A stretch of DNA of 63,317 bases, counting the filler, from Rhabdomonas costata (lineage: Eukaryota): NCBI GenBank assembly GCA_019059605.1. It is 17 parts of 17 records of this genome, joined end to end, with 100 filler letters (N's around TTAATTAATTAA, not from the genome) between each part and the next. Parts side by side here need not be neighbours in the genome. Positions count along the whole stretch, not along the records: positions 59,700 to 63,317 come from JAHMHO010000666.1; 16 more parts are not named here. The stretch is one strand, 5' to 3'. Each line of letters starts with the position of its first letter. Within the stretch, counting starts at the first letter, position 1. Positions 60,921 to 63,317 of this stretch are shown here, piece after piece. The notes under the pieces are model-generated. The model did no database searches and was not told where the DNA came from. It saw only the letters and a program-made list of their open reading frames with translations. The translations under genes and the position numbers were made by a program.

Positions 60921-60964
60921 CGGACACCTTCTGAGACACTCGGGGACTCCCTTGGAAGGTCGTT

Positions 60965-62110
60965 TCCACGGACCTCAGCGCAACAATGGCTTCCGTGTGC
61001 TTCTGATCTGCAGCCTTGCGGTACCTCACCATGACCCTGGGCAGGTTCCTATACACCCGTCACCGCCGGTTCCAAAGATCTTCCCCAAGAAGTACTGCGC
61101 AGGTTCTTTGCCACCCCGTGGCCGTTATGACAGCAGATTTACCTGTAGCCCCAGATTTACCTGCGCCAGGGCGTAGCCCTGCTCTGCGGCCTTGCGGAAC
61201 CATTCCGCGGCCGCCACCAAATCGTTAGCCACACCTTCGCCTTTGCTGGTGGCCACTCCTAGATTAAACTGTGCGTCGGCGTGGCCCTGATCGCGGCCCT
61301 GATCGTGGCCCTGATAGCGGCCTTGCGGTACCACTCCACGACCTTCGGCAGGTTCTTTTCCACCCCATCGCCGGTGCTGTGCTTCAAACCCAACTGAACC
61401 TGTGCCGGGGCGAAACCTTTGGCGGCGGCCTTGCCGTACCACTTCACGGCCTCCGACCGGTTCTTTTCTACCCCATCGCCAATGCTATACTTCAACCCCA
61501 AGTGGAACTGCGCCTGGGCGTAGCCCTGCTCTGAAGCTGTCCGGTAACACTCCGCGACCTTCATCAAATCCTTCCCAACTCCACTGCCTTGCTCGAAACT
61601 GACCCCACGTCGAATCGAGCACCGGCATGGTCCTACTCTGCAGCTCTCTGGAAGAAGGCAAATGCTTCCTCATGATTCTCCGGGGGCAGTACAGAGGCAA
61701 AACGCGGGCCAAATCTTCGGCTCAATCCCAGCGCCCACTCTCCTGTGGGGTCGCCCCTCTCCGCGTGCTCCCGAAGTACCCCAGCGGTGGCCACTGGGTA
61801 CGCAGCAGCGGCTGGAGATCGCAGCATCGCCAGTGCCCTGGGGCGTTTCGGCAATTCGCCAGCTCCCGGAAGGCAGCCGCGGTCCTGAGCTGGTTGTGTT
61901 GAACGCCTCCGGGTTGTGGTGAATGAGGTCAGGCAGTAGAAGAAGATTTGAAACTGCGGAGGTCCGGGGAAACGATGCGACGAGTGCAAAGCCGCTGTAA
62001 AGGACTAACGTATGAACGCATGAACGTGGGCCAGAAAGTTGCAGAGACCTGAGCGTAACTTCAGCTTGCGCGTGCCCCTGATCTGCGGCCTTGCGGTACC
62101 GCTCCATGCC
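60965..62110 (-). pseudogene. Intronless Sel1-like repeat array with stops and frameshifts, containing a second scrambled ART fragment (about 61870-62035)
   Basis: Multiple A..WYRKAAxQG.A.AQ..LG..Y..G.GVEKN units; in-frame TAG in RAAE*DHA; a triplicated GGCCCTGATCGC unit near 61283-61322. Confidence 0.85.
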
Positions 62111-63317
62111 CTTCGACAGGACAACAAAAAACGTTAACCTGTTTCCCCCCACCCAACATGCTCATCAGCTCATCATTGATGGCCGAGACTATGCGACCTC
62201 ATCGGTCACCTCCACATGCCATTTCTTTTTTTCTGCCTATTTTTGTCGTGTGTGAGGGCTATTTTAAACCTAATTTTCGCTAATTTGAGCATTTTACGGA
62301 AGTTTTAGGTAAAATTTATCTGTTTTCTGGGGGCCTGCAGGAGACTTCTTAAGCGAGCAAAGGGAGTGCAAGAATCATAGTGCAAGAAGAAATTTCAGGG
62401 GGAGGATTGTGCGTTAGGGTCAAAAAGAGCTCTTGGGCAAGGGGTACCAGACAAATACGGAACTATTTCCCATCTTTTTTCCCGTAAAAACGTAGTGTAG
62501 TGTAGGGTTTAAATACGAAAAAAACGGGAAAATGTCCGTGTGTGTAGACTTTTTTGCGCGAAGTAGTCGGCGTTTCAAGCCTCCGTAGGGCCTTCAAGCC
62601 CCAGGTTTGTGGGGGTGGACTATCCGAAGGAAAAATTCCGGGGCAAAAATTCGACGATTTAAATTTTTCGAACCTAATACCCCCCCCCCCCTCATGAAAA
62701 TTTTCGACTTTTGGGCCCGCGGACATTGCCGAATCTTTTTTCTCAAAAAGCGCCAAAAATCACGCTTTGGTATAAATAGAACGAAGTAGTCTTCGAGTCC
62801 AGCCCGGAGAAGGTGACGTATCCGCCCATTTTGGGGGTCGTAGAACACGAAAAACACGGTTTGGTGCTTCGATTCGACCATCTTGAGGCTGAAAACGCCG
62901 ATTTTTGGCCGAATTTAGGACCTTTTCGGGGCCTGCCTCGGTGGTACCATGCAAGGGTCGAAAATGGGGTGTCCAGGGTGAAAAAATCGACCCTCCGGGA
63001 ATCGACCCAACATGACGTTTCTGTGGTCGGGGGTTCCGAAAAACGCGTTTTTATGCGGATTTGAGGGTTTTTTGAGGCTCTGGGGACGGATTTTGGGGGG
63101 AAAGCCCTGAAAAGAGGGCATTTTGGCGTCGAAACGGGGGCGTAAGTATCCACTTGCCCACCCCCCCTCAGGAGGATCCACATGGCCCCCTCCTGGATGT
63201 CTTGAGCCGCTTCGCGGCCCAAGATCCGTGGAAAGAAGAATCACAGCCACTGCGGCAGCCCCCTAACCCGAGGTAAGTTGCTGGGAGGGGGGGGGGGCGG
63301 AGACCCCCCAGACCCCC

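Noticed and set aside
1-63317. Euglenid non-conventional (non GT/GC-AG) introns, rRNA, tRNA or SL RNA genes
   Set aside because: Every junction I could reconstruct fits GT/GC-AG, and no RNA gene was recognisable by eye; absence is not proven without covariance-model searches

Overview
This is not one locus. It is 17 unrelated contigs of about 3.6 kb from an intron-rich eukaryotic (protist) genome, joined by artificial 100-nt spacers (44 N + TTAATTAATTAA + 44 N). Many contig ends are G/T-only (5') or A/C-only (3') and several fold back on themselves, which points to whole-genome amplification. Most ORFs in the supplied track are spurious; the real genes are spliced fragments that I rebuilt by hand from GT/GC-AG boundaries. 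They include a FYVE protein, a GPATCH1/TGH-like protein, a protein kinase, an SLC35E/TPT-type transporter, a complete CRAL-TRIO-like gene, a MORN protein, a TPR protein, a bacterial-type class III adenylate cyclase, a 63-aa ssSPT-like microprotein and a YLHNKG/GNxWW glycosyltransferase-like protein. Gene content and apparent trans-splice acceptors suggest a euglenozoan, probably a euglenid (inference). The most notable items are: an intronless bacterial-type alkyl sulfatase (SdsA1/YjcS/BDS1 family) with a Cys-rich N-terminus in eukaryotic context (likely HGT); a decayed, duplicated Sel1-repeat plus ADP-ribosyltransferase module; several candidate GC-AG introns; and relics of KDZ-like and CRE-like transposons.
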